From an uncultured Dehalococcoidia bacterium (GTDB lineage Bacteria > Chloroflexota > Dehalococcoidia > Lucifugimonadales > UBA1127): a stretch of 64,000 nt of DNA. The DNA lies in NCBI GenBank assembly GCA_951812285.1, contig OX638292.1, positions 971,008 to 1,035,007 of the forward strand, read 5' to 3'. The position numbers and the translations under genes were made by a program. Position 1 is the stretch's first letter, and each line of letters starts with the position of its first letter. Below, one piece after another: positions 26,318-34,621 of the stretch. The notes beneath the pieces were generated by a model. The model searched no databases. It was not told where the DNA came from and saw only the letters and a program-made list of their open reading frames with translations.

Positions 26318-26607
26318 CGAGCCGGTCCTTCACGAATCGGCGCTCCCTCCTGGAGGCATCCAAGCCGGGCAGCATTCCTGCGAAAGGCGGAGCGGGGAGC
26401 CCCCGCGTTTCTGCATGTATGCCGCTCTTTTTGCGTTTCAGGCCCCTTCCTGTCCATCTATGGCCCATCTGGGTACCCCGGAAGGCCGACGACGACGGCT
26501 AGCCTACGCAACGGGAGTCACCTGTTGACGGTGTGCGTGATCCCGATGGACGCCCACCGGCCAACCACCCGCGCCGGGGTTGTTGGCCGGCGCGGGAACT
26601 CACCGTG

Positions 26608-29400
26608 CTATTTGGGGGTGACGGTGCCCGCCGAGACCCACCCGCTGCCGCCGTTCACGTTGCGCGCCTGGATGGCCACCGTGTATGCCGTCCCGGATGT
26701 AAGGCCGAAGAGCGTTTGGGTGCTCCCAACCGAGCGTATTATCAACGGTGTGTGGAAAACCACGTTCCGGTAGATTGGATCGCTGCCCGAAGCGGTTAGG
26801 CGAACGCGGTAGTAGTGGATCCCGGAAGGTCCCGGCTCCGGATGCGTCCAGCTGACATCGATATTCCCTTCGTCACTCGTCGCCGCGGCGGATACGCCGG
26901 TCGGCGTTCCGGGCAGTCCCGTCTGCGTATCGCCGACGGTGACTGTGTACTCTTGCCAACGGGCGCCCAGGAACCGCCCCTCGTCCGGCTCATTGCCGTT
27001 GGCGCACTGCTGCGCCTCCGCACCGGCGGTGTTGGAGCAGGGGAAGACCGTGATCTTGTACTCGCCGCTGTCCAGGCCGGTAATCTCGTGATGGTAGCGG
27101 TCGTGGACTGCTTCCTTGTCGTCGTCCTTGTCGACCGGGACCCAGACTACCGTGCCGCCCACCTTCTGGTACCTGATCACGTAGGAATTGACTTGCTTGC
27201 CCGTACGCGCGGGGTATGAATGACGCCAGCTTATACCCAGAACACCGTCGCCGCCCGACGCCCACGACATCTGGATGAATCCCGCATCAACGGAGAATTC
27301 GCCAATTTTGGGCGTATTTACAGTACTGAGTGAGCCATTATTCGAAGCGATGTTGTCATCCGTTCGCCCAATCTCAGCGTACGCATGAACGTTGTATACG
27401 CCGCCTTCAGCGATGTCCAAACTCACGAGAGTGCCTGGCGGGCAGGCGATTTGGGAACCGGAACCGGGGTTGATGAAGCATTGCGCCGAGACAGGAGAGA
27501 CACTCGTTCGTACGTTCATGAACATACGACCGATTTGGAAGTGACGATTCGGCGTGTTGTCCCAGAACCACACCATGAACGGCTCTCCGTCGGAGGGCGC
27601 CTTCACGGGCGTGGAATAGCGGGTCACCGTCGCTCCACCGCTCGTCCCCTTTGTGCCAACCTCGATCCAATAGGACTTTTCGGAATCAAGCAAATCAGTC
27701 AGCTTGTATGCCCCGATATCTTTCGTATCGTCGCACACCATCGTCACTGCGTTGAAGTTCCGGCAAAAATCCTTGGCCACATCGACCGTGGAGAACTCGT
27801 TAGAGCCGGCCTCACGATAGCGCACAACGTAGCCCGTGACGTTGGTCACACCGGGCGCAGGACCGCTCCACTGGACCAAAGACTCCCTGGCGAGATTGGA
27901 TATGACCTCCACGTCGGCAGTGCCCGCTACGGGAGTGATGGTGACCTTAGCGCTGGTCTGCGTCGTGCCGTTGCTTGCGATGGTTTCGATCCGAAAGTCA
28001 TACGCAACCAGGTCCATATCGCCCCAGATGAACTTCCTGTCCTCGACTTTGTACTCGTCCGAAGAGACCCACTCCGTGTCGGCACTCTTCTTCCACTCGA
28101 CGCGGATGCCGCCGGAATCGCAGGTGTCGCTGGTGGTCCATGACCCGCTGACCTCGTGGGCTTCTTCAGTAGTGAGGGTCAGGGTGATGGTGCAATGGGA
28201 AGAGGGCATGGTTATGGGCTCAGGCTCATAGGTGGCCGAGACGGTCACCTGGAAGTCGGGCAGGCCGAGGTCGAATACCGTGACGGACGTATCATCCGGG
28301 CCCGCCGTCGTATGCAACGTGAGCCCTTCTTCCCAATCGATCCGGATGATGAACCCGGTGAGGTCGCAGGACTCGGGGGCTTCGGGCGTCGCCCAGGAGA
28401 CGACGATCTCCTGCTCCGCGCGTATGGCCGTCACGCTACCCGGCTCGCCGCCGGCGCAGTCGGGCGCCGGTTCGGACCAGGTAACCGTGATGGGGGCCGA
28501 CGTTGCCGACTCCCCGGAATCGTAGCTGACCGTCAAGCGGATGCGCCAAGTCTCCGCCTTGCTGTTGCTGGATCGGAAGGTGGAAAAGCTCCCCAAGGAA
28601 TACCACTCCCCACCACCAAAGTCGACCTCCCAGCTGTACGAAGGCGTCTCTCCCTCGGGTGCGTTGGTGATGGTCGCCGTCACCGTCGTAGCTTCATCCA
28701 CCTCGGGATTGGCCGGGCTGGCAGTGATGGACAGTCCGACGGACTCGGCCGGGACCGGCTCCGGCGTAGGCGTGGGTGTAGGTTCGGGAGTTGGTTCAGG
28801 AGTGGGCTCTGGGGTGGGCGCAGGCGTAGGCTCCGGCTCAGAGGCCGATGCCTCCATCGCAGTCAACTCAGCGACCACAGGGTCCCAGCGAGCTGCGGTG
28901 TACAGGTCGGCATAACCCTGGGCCTCGGCGGCGGTCATGCCGTCGAGGGCGTCGAAGGTGTGCAGCACCCGGAACCAGCGATGCACGTGGTCGTATCCGT
29001 TTTGGGTCTCCGCCGCGTAGCCCCGGATGTCGGCGATGACCTGTGAATCCGGTTCGCCGCTATTGAGAGCCGCTACCACAGGCTCCCATCGCGTCCAGCC
29101 CCTGTCGGCATAGCCCTGGGCCTCGGCGGCGGTCATGTCGTCAAGGGCGTCGAAGGTGTGCAGCACCCGGAACCAGCGATGCACGTGGTCGGGGCCGTTT
29201 GCCGTCTCCTTCGCGTAAGTCCAGACGTCGGCAACCACCTGCGGGTCGGGTTCGTAGTCATCCTGCGCGCCAGCGGGAGAGGTCCCGGACCAAGACACGG
29301 CCAGCATGGCGAGGAGGACGAGGGACAGCGCCGCAAGGCGGCCCAGGGGCCACCGGCGCAGGGACGGGGCGGGAGCGAGAGTGGAAGTTGGGGGCCTCAT
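26608..29400 (-). CDS. Large secreted multi-FN3 protein (930 aa), paralog of 22539-25451
   Basis: Same signal peptide and tandem N-terminal domain, TPEP linker, several FN3 modules (TGYVVRYRE..., YYRVRLTASG..., GTAYTVAIQARNVNG). ATG 29400 has GGAGGTG-N5. Confidence 0.8.
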   Translation of the reverse strand: MRPPTSTLAPAPSLRRWPLGRLAALSLVLLAMLAVSWSGTSPAGAQDDYEPDPQVVADVWTYAKETANGPDHVHRWFRVLHTFDALDDMTAAEAQGYADRGWTRWEPVVAALNSGEPDSQVIADIRGYAAETQNGYDHVHRWFRVLHTFDALDGMTAAEAQGYADLYTAARWDPVVAELTAMEASASEPEPTPAPTPEPTPEPTPEPTPTPTPEPVPAESVGLSITASPANPEVDEATTVTATITNAPEGETPSYSWEVDFGGGEWYSLGSFSTFRSSNSKAETWRIRLTVSYDSGESATSAPITVTWSEPAPDCAGGEPGSVTAIRAEQEIVVSWATPEAPESCDLTGFIIRIDWEEGLTLHTTAGPDDTSVTVFDLGLPDFQVTVSATYEPEPITMPSSHCTITLTLTTEEAHEVSGSWTTSDTCDSGGIRVEWKKSADTEWVSSDEYKVEDRKFIWGDMDLVAYDFRIETIASNGTTQTSAKVTITPVAGTADVEVISNLARESLVQWSGPAPGVTNVTGYVVRYREAGSNEFSTVDVAKDFCRNFNAVTMVCDDTKDIGAYKLTDLLDSEKSYWIEVGTKGTSGGATVTRYSTPVKAPSDGEPFMVWFWDNTPNRHFQIGRMFMNVRTSVSPVSAQCFINPGSGSQIACPPGTLVSLDIAEGGVYNVHAYAEIGRTDDNIASNNGSLSTVNTPKIGEFSVDAGFIQMSWASGGDGVLGISWRHSYPARTGKQVNSYVIRYQKVGGTVVWVPVDKDDDKEAVHDRYHHEITGLDSGEYKITVFPCSNTAGAEAQQCANGNEPDEGRFLGARWQEYTVTVGDTQTGLPGTPTGVSAAATSDEGNIDVSWTHPEPGPSGIHYYRVRLTASGSDPIYRNVVFHTPLIIRSVGSTQTLFGLTSGTAYTVAIQARNVNGGSGWVSAGTVTPK

Positions 29401-29404
29401 GCCG

Positions 29405-29569
29405 TCACCTCCCGCAGGAGGTGGGCGCAAGGCTCAGGAATATCGGATTTAGGCGGAGAAAATCGGGGGGGGGGGGGGGGGGTAGAACTAACGCGCTATT
29501 ATCGGCGCAACGGGCGCGGGATATCGCGGCGGCCGATACCTGTTCAGGTTGTCTCTGTACGATAGCCAA
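29405..29569 (-). CDS. Candidate leader peptide (uORF), 54 codons, poly-proline; stops 4 nt before the main ATG
   Basis: GGGAGGTG-N5-TTG (29569). Sequence ...ALVLPPPPPPDFLRLNPIFLSLAPTSCGR*. TGA at 29407-29405 lies inside the main SD region. Confidence 0.4.
   Translation of the reverse strand: MAIVQRQPEQVSAAAISRARCADNSALVLPPPPPPDFLRLNPIFLSLAPTSCGR
29465..29482. repeat. Homopolymer G18 (C18 on the gene strand)
   Basis: Counted directly. Confidence 0.9.
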
Positions 29570-29606
29570 GTTAGCACCTCCCACGTTACGGGCATATTTC
29601 CCCACG

Positions 29607-29693
29607 ATTTTACCACCGCAGCCGTGACGCAGCCGTGACGATTTGAGCCAATTTGCGTGACACCTTGTGACGTTTCGCAGAATGCGGCATAAT
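29607..29693. promoter_or_regulatory. Divergent promoter region, copy 3, between the FN3 gene and the hybrid kinase gene
   Basis: Minus strand: TGgTAAAAT (29615-29607). Plus strand: TTGTGA (29665-29670)-N17-CATAAT (29688-29693). GTGAC(G) boxes at 29624, 29635, 29657 and 29667 (11- and 10-bp phasing). Confidence 0.5.
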
Positions 29694-29746
29694 TGACCCC
29701 GTAAAGGCCCATTCACTCCCCAACAGCAGGCCATCGAGGTGACAAG

Positions 29747-32122
29747 TTGGACCGGCACGACGAGCTGCACCGACGGATACAGGAGCTGGAAGAGCGCCTC
29801 TCGCGCCTGAGCGGGGCCAGCCTCCGCATCAACGAGAGCCTCGACTTCGACACGGTGTTGCAGGAGGTGGTGGACGGGGCCAGGGGGCTGACGGCCTCAC
29901 GCTACGGGGCAATAACCGTTCTCGGCGAAGCCGGGCAGACACCCGACTTCATCGTCTCCGGTCTCACCGGGGAGGAGCACCAGGGTCTGTGGGACATGCC
30001 GGAGGGACGGGGATTCTTCGAGTATCTCAGCGGGCTGGAGGAGCCCCTGCGGGTCTCGGACGTCGACGGCCACCTGCGGGCGTTGGACATGCCCGGGTTC
30101 CTGCCCTCGGTGCCGGTGAAGTCCCTGCTGGTGGCGCCCATCCGCCACCAGGGGGTCGGGGTCGGGACGATCTATCTGGCCCATGACACGGGCGACCGGG
30201 AGTTCACGCGGGAGGACGAGGAGACGCTGGTGCTCTTCGCGTCCCAGGCGGCGATGGCCATCGCCAACGCCCGCAGGCACCGAGAAGAACGCCGGGCCAG
30301 GGCCGACCTGGAGACCCTGATAGACACCTCCCCCGTGGGCGTCGCGGTCTTCGACGCCGGAACGGGAGCGCCCGTGTCCTTCAACCGGGAGGCCCGGAGG
30401 ATCGTGGACAGCCTGCGCGATCCCGGCCAGTCGCCGGAGGAGCTTCTGGAAACAATGATCTGCAGGCGCGCCGACGGGCGGGAGGTCTCCCTGCGGGAGT
30501 TCCCGATGGCCGAGCTCCTGAGCAAGGGGGAAACGGTGCGTGCCGAGGAGATCGTCATGCGCGTTCCCGATGGACGTTCCGTCACCGTCCTGCTCAACGC
30601 CACGCCCACCCAATCCGAAGAGGGCGCGGTCGAGTCGGTGGTCGTCACCCTACAGGACATGGCCGATGTGGAGGAGCTGGAGCGGCTGCGGGCCGAGTTC
30701 CTGGGGATGGTGAGCCACGAGCTGAGGACTCCCCTGACCTCCATTACGGGCTCCGCATCCACGGTGCTGGACTCAGCGAAGGATCTGGACCCCGCCGTGG
30801 TGCGCCAGTTCTTCCGCATCATCAAGGATCAAGCCGAGCACATGAACGATCTGGTCTCCGACCTGCTGGACGTGGCCCGCATCGAGACGGGCACCCTGCC
30901 GGTCGGCCCCGAACCCGCCGAGGTGGCCGTGCTGGTGGACCGGGCGAGGAATGGGTTCACCAACGCGGGGGGCAAGAACATCCTCGCCATCGACGTTGAG
31001 CCGGACCTTCCCCTGGTGATGGCGGACCGGCGGCGCATCGTGCAGGTGCTCGGCAACCTGCTGTCCAACGCGGCCCGGCACTCCCCGGAATCGTCCGTCA
31101 TCAGGTTGAGAGCGGTGCGGGACGGCGTACACGTGGCGGTCTCGGTGGCCGACGAGGGGCGGGGCATCCCCTCCGAGAGCCTGCCTCACCTGTTCCGCAA
31201 GTTCTCCGGGGCACAGTCCGAGGAGCAGGGAGGGGACACCGGGCTGGGCCTCGCCATCTGCAAGGGCATAGTGGAGGCGCACGGGGGACGCATCTGGGCC
31301 GAGAGCGAGGGGCCGGGAACGGGGGCGTGCTTCACCTTCACGCTGCCATCGGTCGAGGAAACAGCGGCGACCACCATTTCGTCCATATCGACGCGGCGCG
31401 AGCAGAAGGCGGAGGAGGAGCGGCTGCGCATCCTCGCGGTGGACGACGACCCCAACGATCTCCGCTACGTCCGCGACACCCTCGCCAAGTCGGGCTACGA
31501 CCCGGTGGTGACCGGGGACCCGCAGGAGGCGCTCCGCCTCGTGGCGGACGAGAGGCCGGAGCTTGTGCTGCTCGACCTGATGCTTCCGGGAACGGATGGC
31601 ATCGAGCTGATGAAGGACATCCTCGATGTGGCGGACGTGCCGGTCATCTTCCTGTCCGCCTATGGGCGGGAGGAGCTCGTCGCCAGGGCCTTCGACACGG
31701 GGGCCGCCGATTACGTGGTCAAGCCCTTCTCGCCGACGGAGCTTGCGGCAAGGATCAGGGCGTCCCTGCGAAAGCGGGCGGTTGCGGAGCCGTCGGAGCC
31801 GTACGTGCTGGGCGATCTGACCATCGACTACGCCGGGCGAAGGGTGACCCTGGCCGGCCAGCCTGTGCACCTCACCCCGACCGAGTACCGGGTGCTGGCC
31901 GAAATCTCGGCCAACGCAGGGCGGCTGGTGACCTACGAGCGCCTGCTGGACCGGGTATGGGAGAAAAGAGAGAGCGACGGCGACGTGCGGCCCATTCGCA
32001 CCATCGTCCGCAGACTCCGCCGCAAGCTCGGCGACGACGCCGACAACCCCACCTACATCTTCACCGAGCCCCGCGTCGGCTACCGGATGTCGGAGGGGGA
32101 GGGGCCATCCGCGACCCGCTGA
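29747..32122 (+). CDS. Hybrid sensor: GAF/PAS histidine kinase fused to a receiver and an OmpR-type winged-helix DNA-binding domain
   Basis: H-box VSHELRTPLTSI, N-box GNLLSNAARH, G-boxes DEGRGI and GLGLAICKGIVEAHGG. Receiver ILAVDDDPNDL...LLDLMLPGTDG...KPF. Winged helix LTPTEYRVL...RRLRRKLG...YIFTEPRVGYRM. TTG start with GAGGTGA RBS. Confidence 0.85.
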   Translation: MDRHDELHRRIQELEERLSRLSGASLRINESLDFDTVLQEVVDGARGLTASRYGAITVLGEAGQTPDFIVSGLTGEEHQGLWDMPEGRGFFEYLSGLEEPLRVSDVDGHLRALDMPGFLPSVPVKSLLVAPIRHQGVGVGTIYLAHDTGDREFTREDEETLVLFASQAAMAIANARRHREERRARADLETLIDTSPVGVAVFDAGTGAPVSFNREARRIVDSLRDPGQSPEELLETMICRRADGREVSLREFPMAELLSKGETVRAEEIVMRVPDGRSVTVLLNATPTQSEEGAVESVVVTLQDMADVEELERLRAEFLGMVSHELRTPLTSITGSASTVLDSAKDLDPAVVRQFFRIIKDQAEHMNDLVSDLLDVARIETGTLPVGPEPAEVAVLVDRARNGFTNAGGKNILAIDVEPDLPLVMADRRRIVQVLGNLLSNAARHSPESSVIRLRAVRDGVHVAVSVADEGRGIPSESLPHLFRKFSGAQSEEQGGDTGLGLAICKGIVEAHGGRIWAESEGPGTGACFTFTLPSVEETAATTISSISTRREQKAEEERLRILAVDDDPNDLRYVRDTLAKSGYDPVVTGDPQEALRLVADERPELVLLDLMLPGTDGIELMKDILDVADVPVIFLSAYGREELVARAFDTGAADYVVKPFSPTELAARIRASLRKRAVAEPSEPYVLGDLTIDYAGRRVTLAGQPVHLTPTEYRVLAEISANAGRLVTYERLLDRVWEKRESDGDVRPIRTIVRRLRRKLGDDADNPTYIFTEPRVGYRMSEGEGPSATR

Positions 32123-32321
32123 GCGCGGGGTGCTCTTACCTTATACATATGAGGATGCGTTGAAGTTCAAGATTGAAGACATCCCCATCACGGAGGACTT
32201 TAGGCGTACCAATGATAGTCCGTACTGCAGGACTGAGCAGGCAGTACGAGTCGATAGTCCCTCGGCCTTCCAAGTCTGTGCTCGTCGAGTGACCGTGTCG
32301 AGTCCAGCTTTCCCCGCCAGC

Positions 32322-33002
32322 ATGTCAAAGGTAATTAGGTTCTCCGAAAGCCAGTACGCTATACCCAATTCCGAGAATATCAGGCTTCGCACCGCTGCCT
32401 ATTACCGTCATTGGGAGGAGAGCGACGCCGGCGGGATAGGTGATTCAGAAGAAGCGACCCTTCGGCGAAACACTGACCTCGCCACCTTCCAACAGGAAAC
32501 CGGTCAAACTCCAATTACGGGCGCACACCACGTCCAAACTACTTTGACCTACAGAAGTGAGTGCTGGATTCTCTGCGCCTCAATTGCGCCGGCGTCGTTG
32601 ACAGGGATGAACAGCATGCGGGTGAGCGTTTGCCCAGGCTACGATGCCGCGACACTGATCGCAGACCCATCGCGGTTCGCCAAGCAACTGGGGATCGACT
32701 TCGGAAATGCCCTTCGTCCGAGTGACCTAGAGAGGCCGGGTGACGTATGGTGGGAGTTGCTACCACAACTCTTCGTGGACCATGGCCCGGTGGTATACAC
32801 AGAGTCTCCCTCGGATGTGATCGAGAGACTCCCTAGAGAATCCTGGGGACTTGTCACTCCGTTTGTGAAACGTACCCATTTCTCTGGCCAGAAGGAATAC
32901 AGGTTCGTCATTTCCATCGGCGGGTCGGGCGATCCGAAAGAGAGAAGCCTGGATTTGACTATCACCGAACAACTGAGAGCATTAACCCACCTAGTCGAGT
33001 AG
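32322..33002 (+). CDS. Hypothetical protein, weakly DUF2971-like
   Basis: MSKVIRFSES... and C-terminal FVKRTHFSGQKEYRFVISIGG resemble the DUF2971 pattern (K..F..E.E.R). An alternative GTG start exists at 32130. Confidence 0.4.
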   Translation: MSKVIRFSESQYAIPNSENIRLRTAAYYRHWEESDAGGIGDSEEATLRRNTDLATFQQETGQTPITGAHHVQTTLTYRSECWILCASIAPASLTGMNSMRVSVCPGYDAATLIADPSRFAKQLGIDFGNALRPSDLERPGDVWWELLPQLFVDHGPVVYTESPSDVIERLPRESWGLVTPFVKRTHFSGQKEYRFVISIGGSGDPKERSLDLTITEQLRALTHLVE

Positions 33003-33034
33003 GCACGTCCATATTAGTCTCATGAGGTCCGTCT

Positions 33035-34462
33035 ATGGAAAGCGTTGAGCAAATCATCGAATTTATCTTGGACCAATCCCGATTTGACCTAGGTCGCGTG
33101 GACATGGTGCGGGGGCATTCGTCAAGGTCTTGGGCTTCAAGGCCTGGGGAAGTGATATCGGCCCACGAACTGCGTCAGTTGATAGGGCACAATGATTCAG
33201 GCGCTTTAGACCCTGACGGAGTCAGAGAAGCCCGGCTGATCTGTACAGAAGAAACTATTTCGCTGTTGGTAGTGCGGCTTCGTGTTCTCTTGAAAGATTA
33301 CATTGATGTGGAGAACGATACTATTGGCCACGCACTCCCGCACTTGAGCCATGATAACGCTAGTGAAACAACGACGCTGCAGGCCGACGGTCTGTGCGCC
33401 ATGTCCTGCATCACCGGGTTGGAGTCTTTTGCAAAAGCCCTTGTCAAAGGCTCGGCGTTGGTTGGGTCGCGAACAGTAGAGTCTTTACTCGCCGATTGGG
33501 TGGAAGGCCAGCCTGTGCGATATCGCACCTGCGTTATATTGAACGGGATTCACATTAGGGCGCCTCTCGAACCCGTGGCGGGTATCAGGATCACACCACT
33601 GCCTTGGTCGTCTGACGAACTACCCAATGACTTGCCAGTTCTCTCATCCAGCGCTCCAGAGGACTATCTTGGCAAGACAATCATTTGCGTCGATACTATA
33701 GCGACTCCGCCACTGTTTCGACCAGGACCGGATGAAGTTCCCCATCCTGTACAGGCATCAAGCAATTGTATTGCGGATGTCGATGCCGTATGTCAGGCTC
33801 TGGCACTGGAGTCGGACGACTTTGTAGACGGTGCCCTTCTATGGAACGACTACAGCGAACTGCGAAAGGTATTCCCTGCTCGAAACAGTTCAACTTGGGC
33901 GCGGTCTGGATCCAGTTTGCGAAACCAGTTGAAGCCCGGCTGGCGCAAGAGCGTCAATTTCCAAACGGGCGTCGTGACGCTTTCGCCCGGAGACCTTCCG
34001 CTATCTGACATGGACGAGTCTGGGCTGGGCCATACCATCAGGGCATTGATGGAGCCGAAAAACAGGGGAACTAGGATTTCAGCCACGAGGTTGATTAGAT
34101 CGAGAGACTCGCGTCATGGTCTCGTGGATCAGTTCGTAGACTTGCGGATGGCTCTGGAGGCGCTTTTCCTGAGAGATTTCACTAACGAGCATAGTCAAGA
34201 AATGCGATTCCGCCTTTCGCTCGTCGGAGCTTGGTTTCTGGGCCAGGATTTTGAAGACCGGCGACGAATCCGGAGAGTCTTGCGGGACGCGTATGACACG
34301 GCTTCAGGAGCTGTACATACCGGCAACATCACTATCACCGATGTCAATTACGCTCTTCTAGCGGATGCACAAGGTTTATGCCGCGAAGGAATCTTGAAAT
34401 TTTTGAGGGACGGTCCGCCAACGGATTGGGGCGACCTTGTATTAGGACCTGCTGGCGAATGA
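33035..34462 (+). CDS. Hypothetical 475-aa protein with a C-terminal HEPN-like helical region
   Basis: LIRSRDSRHGLVDQFVDLRMALEALFLRD...RFRLSLVGAWFL...LRDAYDTASGAVHTG. There is one Rx5H match (RSRDSRH), but the usual Y..RS..vH position has Ala instead of Arg. Confidence 0.45.
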   Translation: MESVEQIIEFILDQSRFDLGRVDMVRGHSSRSWASRPGEVISAHELRQLIGHNDSGALDPDGVREARLICTEETISLLVVRLRVLLKDYIDVENDTIGHALPHLSHDNASETTTLQADGLCAMSCITGLESFAKALVKGSALVGSRTVESLLADWVEGQPVRYRTCVILNGIHIRAPLEPVAGIRITPLPWSSDELPNDLPVLSSSAPEDYLGKTIICVDTIATPPLFRPGPDEVPHPVQASSNCIADVDAVCQALALESDDFVDGALLWNDYSELRKVFPARNSSTWARSGSSLRNQLKPGWRKSVNFQTGVVTLSPGDLPLSDMDESGLGHTIRALMEPKNRGTRISATRLIRSRDSRHGLVDQFVDLRMALEALFLRDFTNEHSQEMRFRLSLVGAWFLGQDFEDRRRIRRVLRDAYDTASGAVHTGNITITDVNYALLADAQGLCREGILKFLRDGPPTDWGDLVLGPAGE

Positions 34463-34469
34463 CAACGAG

Positions 34470-34572
34470 GGCGCACGCCGTCAGACGCGCAGTAGCAAGC
34501 GACCTCCCGCGAAAGCTGGGAGACAAAGCAACAGCCCGCATACATCTTCACCGGGCCCCGTGTCGGCTACCG
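34470..34572 (+). pseudogene. Displaced, degenerate 3' end of an OmpR-type regulator gene
   Basis: cgaaagctgggagacaaagca...catacatcttcaccgggccccgtgtcggctaccggata aligns with 32031-32095 (RKLGDD...YIFTEPRVGYRM), with a 1-nt indel. Confidence 0.55.
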
Positions 34573-34621
34573 GATACCTTAGTGGGGCCCGGTACGATTA
34601 GCGAGGAGAGATAGGGGCGAC

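Noticed and set aside
17800-29700. CRISPR array or diversity-generating retroelement as an explanation for the repeats next to variable surface proteins
   Set aside because: The repeats are hundreds of bp long, irregularly spaced and contain genes. There are no short regular repeat-spacer units, no reverse transcriptase, and no template/variable repeat pair with adenine-specific differences.
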